Shown here: positions 16,737 to 27,479 of the stretch, piece by piece
Layout: every line of letters starts with the position of its first letter
Position numbering within the stretch: the first letter of the stretch is position 1
DNA from: Minisyncoccia bacterium
Lineage (GTDB): Bacteria; Patescibacteriota; Minisyncoccia; Phycocordibacterales; UBA6065
Length of the DNA: 64,000 nucleotides
Direction: 5' to 3'
NCBI GenBank assembly: GCA_044233485.1
Contig: JBIIJY010000001.1
Location: 16,701-80,700, forward strand
Position numbers and translations under genes: made by a program
Notes under the pieces: model-generated
What the model was told of the DNA's origin: nothing
Databases searched by the model: none
What the model saw: only the letters and a program-made list of their open reading frames with translations

Positions 16737-18479
16737 TTAATTGCCTAACACTTTCGCTTTAGTCAGATCTCCAAAATACCCTATCGCAGGATAAATTCCT
16801 TTGCTCTTTTGATACTGTATGAGTGCAGCTCGGGTTTTTTCGCCAAAAAATTCTGTCTCACTACCCGGCGAGCCGGCGCCAGTAGCTGAGATGACGAATC
16901 CTTGTGAGTTTAAAAATGTTTGTAAAGTCTTAACATCACTTCCTCGAGCACCTAGAGAAAGATGGCGACTAAATGAATTCATACTGATCGGTGTCACCAC
17001 TGTGACTACTGGTACCTGCGGCATCACCACTTGAGATGGTGTTTGAACGCTTGGACGAGGACTTGCCTGACGCCGACTCGCCGATCCAGAAGAAGGACGA
17101 GGACACACGCTTGTCGTGAATGTAACCTCATCACTGTAAGCTATTCCGACTTCGTTTTGAGCAAATGAAGCACTGTGGTATGTGGTACCGCAGTTCAGAT
17201 CAGTGAGTACTGTACTGAAATCCCCTCCAGAGAAACTTCCGAGAGTCGAGCTGGTTGCCGTATAGATGTTTGTCAGACCGTACACAAACCCTCGCGCTGT
17301 GACTGTAGTGCTTCCTGTATGAGTAATACTTCCAGCAAGTTGTGCACTTGAGCCGGTAATCGAACCCGCTGCAGACTGAGTGACCGTCGGTAGACTGATC
17401 GTCTCCAAAGTAAACGTACGATCATCACTATACCCTATCCCTTCTGTACTACTTGCATACGCCCTAAAGTGATAGGTCGCCCCCGGTGTGAGACCATTCA
17501 CGAGTCCCATAAAAGCACCTGTACTGAAAGTTCCTGCCTCAGTAGTCGTTGCCCCGTACGCAGTGGTAAGCCCGTACACAAACCCTCGCACAGTCGGCGA
17601 AACAGCTCCCGTAGCTGTTATCTCGCCCGGCAAAGTTGCAGTACTTGTTGAAAACGAACTCACCTGACTTGTCGTCAGTTCTGGAATAGAGACACCAGTA
17701 TAAAGCTCCCTGACGTTTGTCTCACTGAGTACTCGAGTGTAAAAACGGGTATCATCAAAGCTTCCATCAAACGGATCTCCTGTCCGATCATCTCCGACAA
17801 CCATCGGCGCATTCGAAACCGAAGATCCTTGCAAGTGAAAATTACCACTATTAGCTGTGAATGACTGTAGCTGACCATCAACATATATCTTTGTTCCTTC
17901 CACTGTATGCGTACCATCATACGTTAAAACAACATGATGCCACCCAGGTGTTACGTACGCAGGAGTATCGGCGGTACAACCAAAAAGAAATGTTGGACCA
18001 GCTCCGATAACGATAAACCCAAGTGTTGCAAACGTCGCCGGACACCCACCACCACCGATCACTCCGAATCCAAGCACAACACCAGGCCCAGAACCACTCT
18101 GAAGGTTTCCAAAAAATGAATCTGGAGCTGTTTGAGAGTTTGTCTTGTACCAAGTCGAGTAACTAAACGGTTCCGTCTTTTCAAAATCAAATGTCGAGAG
18201 ACTGTTGGTAATTTCTATATAATCATTCACACCATCAAATGTCACCGCGTCGCCGTAGACACCAGCAGTCGTCGAAGTCGCACTCCCACTAAGTTTTAGA
18301 AAGCCAGTGTGCCCATTGCCGGAACTATCAACAACATTCTGTGCTCCGCCAAGTCCGTCATACGTCCAATGCAAGAGCAGATCCTGACTGGTATCTGCCC
18401 AGAGCGACACTGGAAAAAGGATACAGGCAAACCCCACCAAGAAGCATATACGAAAGTGTTTTATAACATACTGATACAT
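16737..18479 (-). CDS. Secreted LamG-like (concanavalin/LamG_3) domain protein with two ~95-aa repeat domains and a C-terminal peptidoglycan-binding domain.
   Basis: LLHWTYDG...GNGHTG...WHHVVLTYDG...IYVDG is LamG_3-like. The C-terminus, VKTLQTFLNSQGFVISATGAGSPGSETEFFGEKTRAALIQYQKSKG, resembles PG_binding_1. Confidence 0.8.
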   Translation of the reverse strand: MYQYVIKHFRICFLVGFACILFPVSLWADTSQDLLLHWTYDGLGGAQNVVDSSGNGHTGFLKLSGSATSTTAGVYGDAVTFDGVNDYIEITNSLSTFDFEKTEPFSYSTWYKTNSQTAPDSFFGNLQSGSGPGVVLGFGVIGGGGCPATFATLGFIVIGAGPTFLFGCTADTPAYVTPGWHHVVLTYDGTHTVEGTKIYVDGQLQSFTANSGNFHLQGSSVSNAPMVVGDDRTGDPFDGSFDDTRFYTRVLSETNVRELYTGVSIPELTTSQVSSFSTSTATLPGEITATGAVSPTVRGFVYGLTTAYGATTTEAGTFSTGAFMGLVNGLTPGATYHFRAYASSTEGIGYSDDRTFTLETISLPTVTQSAAGSITGSSAQLAGSITHTGSTTVTARGFVYGLTNIYTATSSTLGSFSGGDFSTVLTDLNCGTTYHSASFAQNEVGIAYSDEVTFTTSVCPRPSSGSASRRQASPRPSVQTPSQVVMPQVPVVTVVTPISMNSFSRHLSLGARGSDVKTLQTFLNSQGFVISATGAGSPGSETEFFGEKTRAALIQYQKSKGIYPAIGYFGDLTKAKVLGN

Positions 18480-18582
18480 GTATAGTATCGTATCACGATA
18501 TATCCGTAGACAAGTGAAACCTTGGTTAGAGTAGCTTGATTTCTACTATTTTCTATGCTATAATAAAAAACAAGAAAGGACA

Positions 18583-18963
18583 TTGATGATGAAATTCCAA
18601 TGGCTCGGTATCGCTACTCTTCTCGGGTTGCTGTATCTCTGTCAGAATATCAAGCCTCGTACCCACGAACGCATTCCCGATGGATGCCTCGTGCGCTCGA
18701 GCAACTCAAAAGGCGTGATACGAGTGTACCGTCCTTACCCAGACGGTACTCTCGCTCCACTTTATGATCCAGATTCGACTGACCCGCAGAAGAACTGGAC
18801 AGTCATTGAGCAGATCCTGAAACAACTGTCTGCGGAGGCACCCTTCCGCTCAACTGAGATCGTGACTCATCCATTCTACCTCTTGGAGGGCAGATGGATC
18901 ATGTCGCTAGATGCGCAAGGCACTCCCTTGCCAGCTGAAGTGCTGGCAATCGTTGAACACTGA
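18583..18963 (+). CDS. Hypothetical secreted protein (signal peptide), a paralog of 16169..16681.
   Basis: N-terminal signal peptide. Shares an APL[YF]DP...W motif with the other small ORF. Confidence 0.5.
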   Translation: MMMKFQWLGIATLLGLLYLCQNIKPRTHERIPDGCLVRSSNSKGVIRVYRPYPDGTLAPLYDPDSTDPQKNWTVIEQILKQLSAEAPFRSTEIVTHPFYLLEGRWIMSLDAQGTPLPAEVLAIVEH

Positions 18964-19008
18964 TTTTCAAAAAAAGGCGCGACCTCCGGTCGCGCCTTTC
19001 CTTATTCC

Positions 19009-20301
19009 CTACCGAATCTTCCACTCCGGATCTTGCCGAACAAGCAGGAGGTCTTTCCGCTCTGGCTCGAGCATTATTTCCTCTACTATCTTTTCCATAC
19101 GCACGCCCTGTGAGCCTTTTACCAAAATAATATCTCCTGGCTCAAGCATATTCTGCAAAAACTTTCCGGCCTCGAGTGACTCGTCAAACTGCAATACTCG
19201 CGCTTCATCATACCCTTGATTCATCGCTGACTCCGCGATACCACGAGCCCGAATACCGACGGTAATTATCTTTTCAGCAAACGTCGCACAGAGGATACCG
19301 ATGCGAGCGTGTTCGTCGGCTGAAAATTTACCGAGCTCAAGCATATCGCCAAGCACAACAATCTTTCTACCCTTAGCTCGAAGCTCTTTAAGCGTCTTGA
19401 GCGCAAGCTCAACAGCAACCGGTGCAGCATTGTACGAGTCGTCGATGATCAGCGAATTTTTAATGCCCGGAAGTATCCGCATACGACCACGAGGGAGTTC
19501 ATGCGTATCAAAGGCTCTGACGAGAGACTCTTTATCAATACCAAGATACTCACCGATAGCAAGCGCCGCCGCTATAGGGAAAGCGTGCTGAAGACCGAGA
19601 ATTCCTTTGAGTTTGATGTCGTAATTTTCTTTTTTATAGGCACACGATATATCCATACCTACCGGCAAGAGCTCTTCGTTGTAATCAGTCGCTACTCGCC
19701 GAATCACCACATCATTTCCACCAAGCTCACCAAACGAAATCGTCTGCGCGGAAGTCTTTTCTTTCAATTTCAAAATGTCCTCATCATCACCACCGATGAC
19801 CAGTAACCCTGAAGGCTTAAGAGCCGTAATGACATGAGTTTTCTCTGCAACCACCGCTTCGCGAGTTCCGAAATATTCAACATGCACAGGAACCTTTGCA
19901 ATTTTCGTCAAAACAGAAATATCTGGCGTCAGCCACGACATCAGCCAAGCAAGATCCCCTGGTCGATCTGCCCCGACTTCGAGCACGAGCCATTCCGGAT
20001 AGGTCGATTCAAAATAGACAAGCCAGAGACCTTTAATAAAATTGATTATCCATTTGAATGGATTGTTCCAGCCAGTCGAAAGCCCAAGAATCGTGAGCGG
20101 CACTCCAGTCTCACTGTTGAAACTTTTTTGGCTCTTGCGTACATAAAACTTTTGTGACAGCACACTATAGATAGCATCTTTGGTCGAGGTTTTGCCCACA
20201 TTACCAGTAACCGCAATGATGCGCGGTTTATAACGAGCGAGCACCTTCTTGGCTTGCCAGGTCAGAATTCGAACTACAATTTGTTTGAAATACGGTTTCA
20301 T
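19009..20301 (-). CDS. murF: UDP-N-acetylmuramoyl-tripeptide--D-alanyl-D-alanine ligase.
   Basis: Mur ligase P-loop GNVGKTSTKD. Three-domain Mur ligase architecture within the dcw cluster. Confidence 0.9.
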   Translation of the reverse strand: MKPYFKQIVVRILTWQAKKVLARYKPRIIAVTGNVGKTSTKDAIYSVLSQKFYVRKSQKSFNSETGVPLTILGLSTGWNNPFKWIINFIKGLWLVYFESTYPEWLVLEVGADRPGDLAWLMSWLTPDISVLTKIAKVPVHVEYFGTREAVVAEKTHVITALKPSGLLVIGGDDEDILKLKEKTSAQTISFGELGGNDVVIRRVATDYNEELLPVGMDISCAYKKENYDIKLKGILGLQHAFPIAAALAIGEYLGIDKESLVRAFDTHELPRGRMRILPGIKNSLIIDDSYNAAPVAVELALKTLKELRAKGRKIVVLGDMLELGKFSADEHARIGILCATFAEKIITVGIRARGIAESAMNQGYDEARVLQFDESLEAGKFLQNMLEPGDIILVKGSQGVRMEKIVEEIMLEPERKDLLLVRQDPEWKIR

Positions 20302-21998
20302 CGGTCGGGTGTAACATTATAATAACTTCCAAGGAAATCAACCAGATCAGAAAATGGTATGGTCAGCGAGTGTGACGCGAAATCTACTCCCTTCGGATCG
20401 TACGCATACAGGAGAATTATAAAGCGTGGTCGAGTTGCTGGGAAGTAGCCAAAGAAGGTATGTACATATCTATCGGTGTAGTAACCACCATCAGTACTCG
20501 CCAACACCGCCGTACCTGTCTTTGCCGCCACAGTATAATGTTCTTTCTTGATTTTCCCACCTAAAAGAGCAGTATCTACGGTCGTCGTCAATACCTGCGA
20601 GATGCGGGATGATGTTTCCGGCGTCCAAATCTGCTTCCCTTTTTCTGGTGTAATATCACGGGAAATTCCAGTAATGTACTCAATCCGCTTTACAACGTGA
20701 GGTGTTGGCAAAAATCCACCATTCCCCAGCGCGGAAAGAGCACGGATCGTCGCAATCGGCGTCAGGGCAATACCGTGACCGTACGAAGCGGTTGCGTACT
20801 CAATATCACGAGGACTTTTCAAGTTGGAAACTTTTCCGAGCACTTCACCAGGAAGGTCGATACCCGTCTTTTCACCGAGTCCAAGATCAAACAGATACTG
20901 AGCAAATTTCTCTTTTCCGACTTTCTGCATCATGAAAGCTGCTCCCGTGTTAAGTGACTGATCCATCACCGTCTGCATAGTCGTCACCCCTCGAACCTTT
21001 CGATCATAGTTTCGAATCGTCGATTTATCGAGTGTCAGGAATCCTTCGTCGGTATAAGTCGTCTCCGGTGTTATCTTGTTCTCGTTCAAAGCAATCGCCA
21101 TGGTTATCGCCTTCATGATCGAGCCCATCTCCATCACACTCTCGACATTTGGATTTTGAAAAGCGGCGATATTGGCATCAGAGCGATTGTTCGGATCAAA
21201 TGAAGGATTCCCAGCCATAGCCAAAATCTCACCGGTGTACGGATCCATGATTATTCCACCAGAGAAACGCGGGGTATATTTTTTTGTAATTCCTTCAAGC
21301 TCTTCTTCGAGTCGTGCCTGCACGCCCGGCTCAATCGTCATAACAATATCCCCTTCATCATGTGAGGCCGTGATTGTTGTTCGTATTTTCCCGAACAGTT
21401 CAGCAAAAAAATTCACATACAGCGTTGAATCTGTACGAGCAAGTACTCGCTCATAGTAGCGCTCGAGGCCATATCGACCAGTCATCGTCTTTCCATCATC
21501 GCCAAAACCAATGAAACCGAGAACTTGTGAGGCGATTTTCTCTGCGGGGAATACTCGCCAGCGTTCTTTGGTGAAGATCACTCCGACAAGCTTTCGCTCC
21601 ATGAGCGGTAGCACTTTCGATTCAGGGATTCTTCGTAGCACTTCTTCATAAGGGTCGTCTTTTTTACGTGCCATTTTCAAAAAGCTTTCTTTATCAAGTT
21701 CCGGAAGTGCCTCGTGAAGCTCAGAGTATAATTTTTCTGGGTCAGTAATGAGTCGCGGGTTAAGTGCCAGTGTATATCCGCTTGAAAGACTCGCTGCTGC
21801 TATCTTCTGACCTTCTTTATCTTCAAAATAAATAGTTCCGCGCTCGAAAATCGCTCCAGTAGGACGCACGTACTGGCGATTTGCCCGATCGGTGTACTCA
21901 TCGTGACGAATGATCTGAAGGTAGTACAGTCGCACCCCATACAACGAAAAAACTCCAACAAAGAGGAGAACAATAATGCGGATTCTTTGTGAAGGCAT
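20298..21998 (-). CDS. ftsI: Penicillin-binding protein (FtsI-type transpeptidase).
   Basis: N-terminal TM. SIMK (SxxK), SxN and KTGTA motifs. Lies in the dcw cluster. Confidence 0.88.
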   Translation of the reverse strand: MPSQRIRIIVLLFVGVFSLYGVRLYYLQIIRHDEYTDRANRQYVRPTGAIFERGTIYFEDKEGQKIAAASLSSGYTLALNPRLITDPEKLYSELHEALPELDKESFLKMARKKDDPYEEVLRRIPESKVLPLMERKLVGVIFTKERWRVFPAEKIASQVLGFIGFGDDGKTMTGRYGLERYYERVLARTDSTLYVNFFAELFGKIRTTITASHDEGDIVMTIEPGVQARLEEELEGITKKYTPRFSGGIIMDPYTGEILAMAGNPSFDPNNRSDANIAAFQNPNVESVMEMGSIMKAITMAIALNENKITPETTYTDEGFLTLDKSTIRNYDRKVRGVTTMQTVMDQSLNTGAAFMMQKVGKEKFAQYLFDLGLGEKTGIDLPGEVLGKVSNLKSPRDIEYATASYGHGIALTPIATIRALSALGNGGFLPTPHVVKRIEYITGISRDITPEKGKQIWTPETSSRISQVLTTTVDTALLGGKIKKEHYTVAAKTGTAVLASTDGGYYTDRYVHTFFGYFPATRPRFIILLYAYDPKGVDFASHSLTIPFSDLVDFLGSYYNVTPDR

Positions 21999-21999
21999 G

Positions 22000-22308
22000 T
22001 TATCTACCGACTTGAACGTTTTTCAAACTTGAAAGTGACTCGTACACTGGTGTTTGTACACGCGCAAGACCGATAGACTCTATTTTAGACAAACTGAACG
22101 ACGATGTCATCTTGATAAATGAGACTTCATACTCAGCGACAGTACTCTTGAGCTCCATGATCTCTCGAAGAGTTGATTTATATGAAACAACATTACGTAC
22201 AGTAAGGTTGACGAGGTATGCATAGGTGCACAAGAGGACAACCAAGAGTCCTGTGGCAGTGAACATAAATGGTTTCGATCCGAAAAATTCAAGTGTTGTT
22301 TTATGCAT
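22000..22308 (-). CDS. ftsL: FtsL-like cell-division protein.
   Basis: 102-aa single-TM protein between rsmH and ftsI. Confidence 0.55.
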   Translation of the reverse strand: MHKTTLEFFGSKPFMFTATGLLVVLLCTYAYLVNLTVRNVVSYKSTLREIMELKSTVAEYEVSFIKMTSSFSLSKIESIGLARVQTPVYESLSSLKNVQVGR

Positions 22309-22313
22309 GGAAG

Positions 22314-23207
22314 TTATTTTTTAATAAGTATTCGAAGCTTGGCACTACGAGAACGAGGGTTATGTTTGATTTCGAGAGTGTTGGGAGTGATTGGTTTCTT
22401 GGTGACTGACTCAGCCAGACCAGCGTGAAGCGCCTCAAGGAAGGCGTACTTCACATACCGATCTTCAATACTATGGAACGAAATAATCGCGAGACGGCCT
22501 CCAGGTTTCAAGAGTGAAATAGCCTTGGGAAGTACCTGTTTGAGCGAGTTGATTTCGTCATTAACGGCGATTCGGAGCGCTTGAAACGTACGAGTAGCGG
22601 GATGAATTCGCCCGTATCGATACACTGCCGGAACACTTGATTCGATCACATGAACGAGATCAAAAGTTGTGTCGATGGTTTTAGTCTCGCGTCGAGCGCA
22701 GATAGCACGCGCAATCCTTCGGGCGAAGCGCTCTTCTCCAAAACCAGATAGAATATCAACGATAGAATCCTCTCCCCACTCGTTGACGATATTCCAGGCA
22801 GTGAGTTTTTCTTCCCCGCCTTCAAGCCGAAACGACATGACGAGCGGCTCATCGTATTTGAACGAAAAACCCCGTCCAGATGCTTCAAACTGATTCGAAG
22901 ACCATCCAAGATCAAGCAACATGCCATCCATGCCAGTGAGGCCGCATTTCGCCAAGTGAACATCAATATCTCTGAAGTTCCCGAGGACGGTCTGAATCGC
23001 GTAGTTTTTGGTAGCGAAAAGCTTTTCTGTTCGTGCGAGAGCATCGGAGTCAAGGTCGATTCCGATTTGCCGGACCGCATTACCTGTCCGCTCTGCTATT
23101 TCAAAACTGTGACCGCCGCCGTTGAGGGTTCCATCGACGAAGACATCTCCTGGTTTAAGAGCGAGGCCATCGATGCATTCTTCAAGAAGGACGCTGGTGT
23201 GTGCCAT
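22314..23207 (-). CDS. rsmH: 16S rRNA (cytosine1402-N4)-methyltransferase RsmH/MraW.
   Basis: The N-terminus MAHTSVLLEECIDGLALKPGDVFVDGTLNGGGHS is typical of MraW. Confidence 0.9.
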   Translation of the reverse strand: MAHTSVLLEECIDGLALKPGDVFVDGTLNGGGHSFEIAERTGNAVRQIGIDLDSDALARTEKLFATKNYAIQTVLGNFRDIDVHLAKCGLTGMDGMLLDLGWSSNQFEASGRGFSFKYDEPLVMSFRLEGGEEKLTAWNIVNEWGEDSIVDILSGFGEERFARRIARAICARRETKTIDTTFDLVHVIESSVPAVYRYGRIHPATRTFQALRIAVNDEINSLKQVLPKAISLLKPGGRLAIISFHSIEDRYVKYAFLEALHAGLAESVTKKPITPNTLEIKHNPRSRSAKLRILIKK

Positions 23208-23211
23208 AGGA

Positions 23212-23646
23212 TTAGAGTATTCCTACCCCAGAAAGTCGTTCAGCCAGACTATCCGCCTGCTTTGAAAGCGACTTCTGAAGTGCTTCCCACGCGTCACTCG
23301 CCCAGATCTCTACTCGATTTGAGACACCGATAACAACAGCTGTTTCGTGTATTCCAGAACGTTCTACCAAATGACTTGGCACGAGAATACGACCAGCTCC
23401 ATCAACTTCTACTTCACTCGCCCCTCCAAGGAGGTATCGATTGAAGCTTCGAGAATCGGACGAAAGGAAAGAAGCTTCGGATAGATTCTGTGTGATTTTA
23501 TTCCACTGCGTGGTAGAAAAAACGAAAAGACATCCATCTAGCCCTGGAGTAACCACGACTCTCTTTCCGAGCTCAGTACGAAACTTCGCCGGCAATGAAA
23601 GTCGATTCTTTTGATCGATTGTGTGTCGGTACTCGCCGATTAACAT
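23212..23646 (-). CDS. mraZ: Transcriptional regulator MraZ.
   Basis: GEYRHTIDQKNRLSLPAKFR is typical of MraZ. The start was chosen at the internal Met (the track ORF extends to 23718). Confidence 0.85.
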   Translation of the reverse strand: MLIGEYRHTIDQKNRLSLPAKFRTELGKRVVVTPGLDGCLFVFSTTQWNKITQNLSEASFLSSDSRSFNRYLLGGASEVEVDGAGRILVPSHLVERSGIHETAVVIGVSNRVEIWASDAWEALQKSLSKQADSLAERLSGVGIL

Positions 23647-23828
23647 AGTATTGTTTGAAACCAAAGTACTTATATATCTGGAAAGATTTCGGTTTTCAGA
23701 TATCCCACAATTTCCCACCTAGATGTAATTATATTCCACTTGCTCCCACTTGAATAGTTTCTACCTGTGGATAGAACGTAAAACGCGGGGCGACCTCTGG
23801 TCGCCCCGCGTTTTATCCCCCGCCACAA

Positions 23829-24541
23829 CTATACTCTCTGATCAGTAACCAAAATTACATCTCGCAACTCAGTGATCACACCCGCCGGAAGCGCATTCGT
23901 CCCCCCACTACTTGCAAGGACACGCTCAAGCGCCTCGCGCTTTGCCTCACCTGTACAGAAAACCAGCGCATGAGTAATGTATTTTTTCATAAACGAGAAC
24001 GTAATCGAGATTCGTTCTGGAAACTGATTCTTCGTCCCAGCGTTCATTTTGCCGACAAGCTGTGCACTATTATATTCTCGAGTAAATGCCTCATCACTCA
24101 ACACTTCAGGAATAATTCCCGCAATATGGCCGTCTGGACCAATACCGAGAACAGCGATCACCACCCCTTCAGGGAACTGACGTATCCATAGATGAAGTCC
24201 TCGTTCAAAGCGCGCCCGGAACTCTTCAAACGATTCTCCTGGTAACGGCTCAGATGAAATAGCCCACGTATCACATGCAGTCGCCTCATGATAGAAATCA
24301 GTAGTCTGCAGATGAGCAAAGTTGTTATTTTCCAAATCATGAACATAGCGATCGTCGGTACAAGCCAGTGTCACATGTGTACCAAGAACCTCAGGATCTA
24401 TGAAGTTGTATACCTGGAATGAAGACCCTCCCGCCAAAAGGAGCAACACGTCTCGACCTTCATACTGCTTGAGTAGTGCCGAGAGCTCTGTCGCGGCAAT
24501 CTGAATCGGCAAAATAGTAAGTTGTTTTTTGATCATAAATA
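23829..24541 (-). CDS. NagB/Pgl-family protein (glucosamine-6-phosphate deaminase or 6-phosphogluconolactonase).
   Basis: LLLAGGSS and GIGPDGHIAGIIPE motifs. A terminator hairpin at 24577-24610 falls inside the longer track ORF, so the start was set at Met 24541. Confidence 0.7.
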
Positions 24542-24756
24542 CAAGCTTGAGCTTATCAAGCTTTAAGGAAAAGAAAAGGCACCCGCGTGTAAACACGCGG
24601 GTGCCGACTACGCCCTCCACCACCACTCGGTGGCTTCAAGCCCTCTGTGGGCTGGGTAGCGTCATCACAGAGGAAAGCTGCGAAATATCTACTATGCACA
24701 ATAACATGAATCTACAGACTGTCAAACGACTTTTGTGAGTAGGAAACTCCTCAGAG

Positions 24757-26727
24757 GTGCGATATAGTGAGACCATTATGTCTTCCCCAACAGCGCAATT
24801 CCCCGTCGGTACCGTATTTGAAACAACCATCAAAGTAAACACTAAAGGAGTCGGCATGATTTTCCTCGAAGGTACTGACGAGAAAATCGAAATCGATCCA
24901 ATCAATATGCGAAAAGCCTTCCCAAACGACACGGTGGAGGTGAAAATTATCCCTGGTCTACGCTATGGAAATAGACAAGCAGAGGTAGTGCGTATCATCA
25001 AACGTAACAAAGAAGTATTTGTCGGTTCATCAATCCGTTTTGATGGACGGATGTTCATTGTGCCTGATGACCGCCGTATCTATACAAAATTCCTTCTGCT
25101 CGACCCCGCTCTCAAGGACTTCTCAACTGACTACAAAGTGCTTTTCGAAATGATTGACTGGCCGGCGACAAGTCAATACCCGATTGCTCGCATCAAAGAA
25201 GTAATCGGTAAAAAAGGACTTCACGAGACCGAGATCAAAGCAATTGTCCTTGGTCAAGGTTTTGAAATGGAACACCCAGGTGAAGTAATCCAGGAAGCGG
25301 ATAATCTCAAAAGGACCCAGTGGCCAATTCCAGCAAAGGAACTCTCTTACCGTCGCGACTTTAGAAAAGTCACGACATTTACGATTGATCCAATAGACGC
25401 TAAAGACTTCGATGACGCCATTTCTTTTGAAGATCTTGGCGGTGGAATTTTCGAGGTCGGAGTTCACATTGCTGACGTCTCTCACTACGTGCGAGAAAAA
25501 ACTGCCCTCGACCGCGAAGCCGTCAAACGAGGATTTTCAGTCTATCTCGTCGACCGGACCATTCCCATGCTCCCTGAAGTCCTCTCAAATGAGCTCTGCT
25601 CACTCAACCCCGACGAAGACCGTCTCACCTTCTCTGCCGTCTTCCGTATCGATATGAACGGCGTTATTCATGACCGCTGGTTTGGAAAGACCGTCATTCA
25701 CTCACACAAGCGCTTTACCTATGAGAACGCGCAAGAAGTACTCGATGCTAAAGCTGGCACGTTCTACCGAGAACTTGATACGCTCAACAAAATCGCCTAT
25801 AAACTCCGTGAAGAAAAATTCCGTAAGGGTGCTATCGATTTTGAGCAAGATGAGATTAAGTTCAAGCTCGATGCCAACAAAAAACCAATCGGTATTTATG
25901 TAAAAAAACGTGGCGACACTCATAAGCTCGTCGAGGAATTCATGCTTCTCGCTAACCGTGAAGTGGCTGAATACATGTTCAAAGTACTCAAAGAACATGG
26001 CGGTAAATTCCCGTTTGTGTATCGTATTCACGACATCCCCGACATTGATCGTATGGAAGAATTCCAAATCCTTGTCAAAGCCCTTGGCTACGAGCTTCCA
26101 CTCGGCAAAAAAGGTGTGGCTGTAAAAGACCTTCAAAATCTTCTCAAAGCAGTTGAAGGTACACCAGAAGAAAATCTCATCAAAACCGCCGCTGTGCGAT
26201 CAATGGCAAAAGCAATTTACAGTACGACAAATAAGGGACATTTCGGCCTTGCGTTTGATTACTACACTCACTTCACCTCACCGATCCGACGTTATGCCGA
26301 CCTTCTCGTACATCGACTCTTGTTTGAGACACTGAACAAAGAACCGATCCCTCAGGATCAGTGGTCACTCTATGAGCGTCTCTGTGAGACTGTCAGTCAG
26401 CGTGAAGTCGAAGCCTCACAAGCCGAACGAGCAAGCATCAAGTACAAGCAAGTGGAATATCTCGAGGCCAAGGTCGGTCAGACATTTGAAGGAACAATTT
26501 CAGGAGTTACTGAATGGGGTCTTTATATCGAAGAGAAAGAGAGTCGTGCCGAGGGTATGATTCGCCTCAAAGACATGACTGGCGACACCTACACCCTTAA
26601 TCCGAAAACCTTCACGATCACTGGCGAGCGAAGTGGTAAAAAACTACGCCTCGGTGACAGTGTTCGTATGCGCCTCAAGCGGGCTGATGTTGAAAACCGT
26701 ATGATCGACTGGGAAATCATTTTCTAG
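24757..26727 (+). CDS. rnr: Ribonuclease R (RNB family exoribonuclease, VacB).
   Basis: Cold-shock/OB N-terminus. The RNB domain carries DFDDAIS. C-terminal S1 domain. Confidence 0.9.
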   Translation: MRYSETIMSSPTAQFPVGTVFETTIKVNTKGVGMIFLEGTDEKIEIDPINMRKAFPNDTVEVKIIPGLRYGNRQAEVVRIIKRNKEVFVGSSIRFDGRMFIVPDDRRIYTKFLLLDPALKDFSTDYKVLFEMIDWPATSQYPIARIKEVIGKKGLHETEIKAIVLGQGFEMEHPGEVIQEADNLKRTQWPIPAKELSYRRDFRKVTTFTIDPIDAKDFDDAISFEDLGGGIFEVGVHIADVSHYVREKTALDREAVKRGFSVYLVDRTIPMLPEVLSNELCSLNPDEDRLTFSAVFRIDMNGVIHDRWFGKTVIHSHKRFTYENAQEVLDAKAGTFYRELDTLNKIAYKLREEKFRKGAIDFEQDEIKFKLDANKKPIGIYVKKRGDTHKLVEEFMLLANREVAEYMFKVLKEHGGKFPFVYRIHDIPDIDRMEEFQILVKALGYELPLGKKGVAVKDLQNLLKAVEGTPEENLIKTAAVRSMAKAIYSTTNKGHFGLAFDYYTHFTSPIRRYADLLVHRLLFETLNKEPIPQDQWSLYERLCETVSQREVEASQAERASIKYKQVEYLEAKVGQTFEGTISGVTEWGLYIEEKESRAEGMIRLKDMTGDTYTLNPKTFTITGERSGKKLRLGDSVRMRLKRADVENRMIDWEIIF

Positions 26728-26824
26728 CTCCAAACACTCCATGTTAGATGGTTGACATATAGAGTAAATATTGGTATAATTATAAATACGGTGAAAATCA
26801 ATTCATCGAGAAAGGAAAAGCACT

Positions 26825-27439
26825 TTGAAGACTCATGAATTCAGCGCCCTACTCTCGGTGGCTTTTGTTGTCACTGGGACGATCTGGGCAGTAATCCAAA
26901 TCCTGCAGGGTAACATAAGGCTTATCTTTGCATCGTGGGTAATCAGTGGGACAGCGATCATCTTGTCTGCGATCACCTACTGGACGTCGAGTAACCACTC
27001 TTTACTAGGTGGTGCGCTCAATATCAGTAGCATACTGACCATTTGGAGCATACTCATCGCGACTTACTACGTCAGCTCTAAAAGCAACTCGTCGTTATCG
27101 TTTAGTCCCTTCCAAAAGAACTGCCTTATCGCTTCTGCAGGAATTACAGTCGTTTGGCTAATCTTCAAGTTCTGGCTCAAAAAAACGGGTTTCATCCCGA
27201 ATATCTTGACCCAATTACTGATGATCATTGCTTACACTGTAAACATTCAAAAAGTTTGGCGAGCAGAGGCACATAGTGAATCAACATTTCTCTGGTGGTG
27301 CGTATTCATTGCGAGTTTCATCGCTCTCTATACCGCACACGCTCAACGAGATGTTCTCTCGTGGATCTATGCCATCCGTTCAACAGGTATGTGTGGTCTA
27401 CTACTTTACGCACTACACCGTATCGAATCACGAAAGTGA
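26825..27439 (+). CDS. Hypothetical polytopic membrane protein.
   Basis: 204 aa with about 6 hydrophobic helices. Confidence 0.5.
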   Translation: MKTHEFSALLSVAFVVTGTIWAVIQILQGNIRLIFASWVISGTAIILSAITYWTSSNHSLLGGALNISSILTIWSILIATYYVSSKSNSSLSFSPFQKNCLIASAGITVVWLIFKFWLKKTGFIPNILTQLLMIIAYTVNIQKVWRAEAHSESTFLWWCVFIASFIALYTAHAQRDVLSWIYAIRSTGMCGLLLYALHRIESRK

Positions 27440-27479
27440 ATTCCTACTCAGAACCTCCCCTTGTTTGCGGGAGGTTTTC

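Noticed and set aside
22646-23333. ORFs overlapping rsmH/mraZ (22646..23080 -, 22956..23333 +).
   Set aside because: These are alternative frames or antisense of conserved dcw genes.
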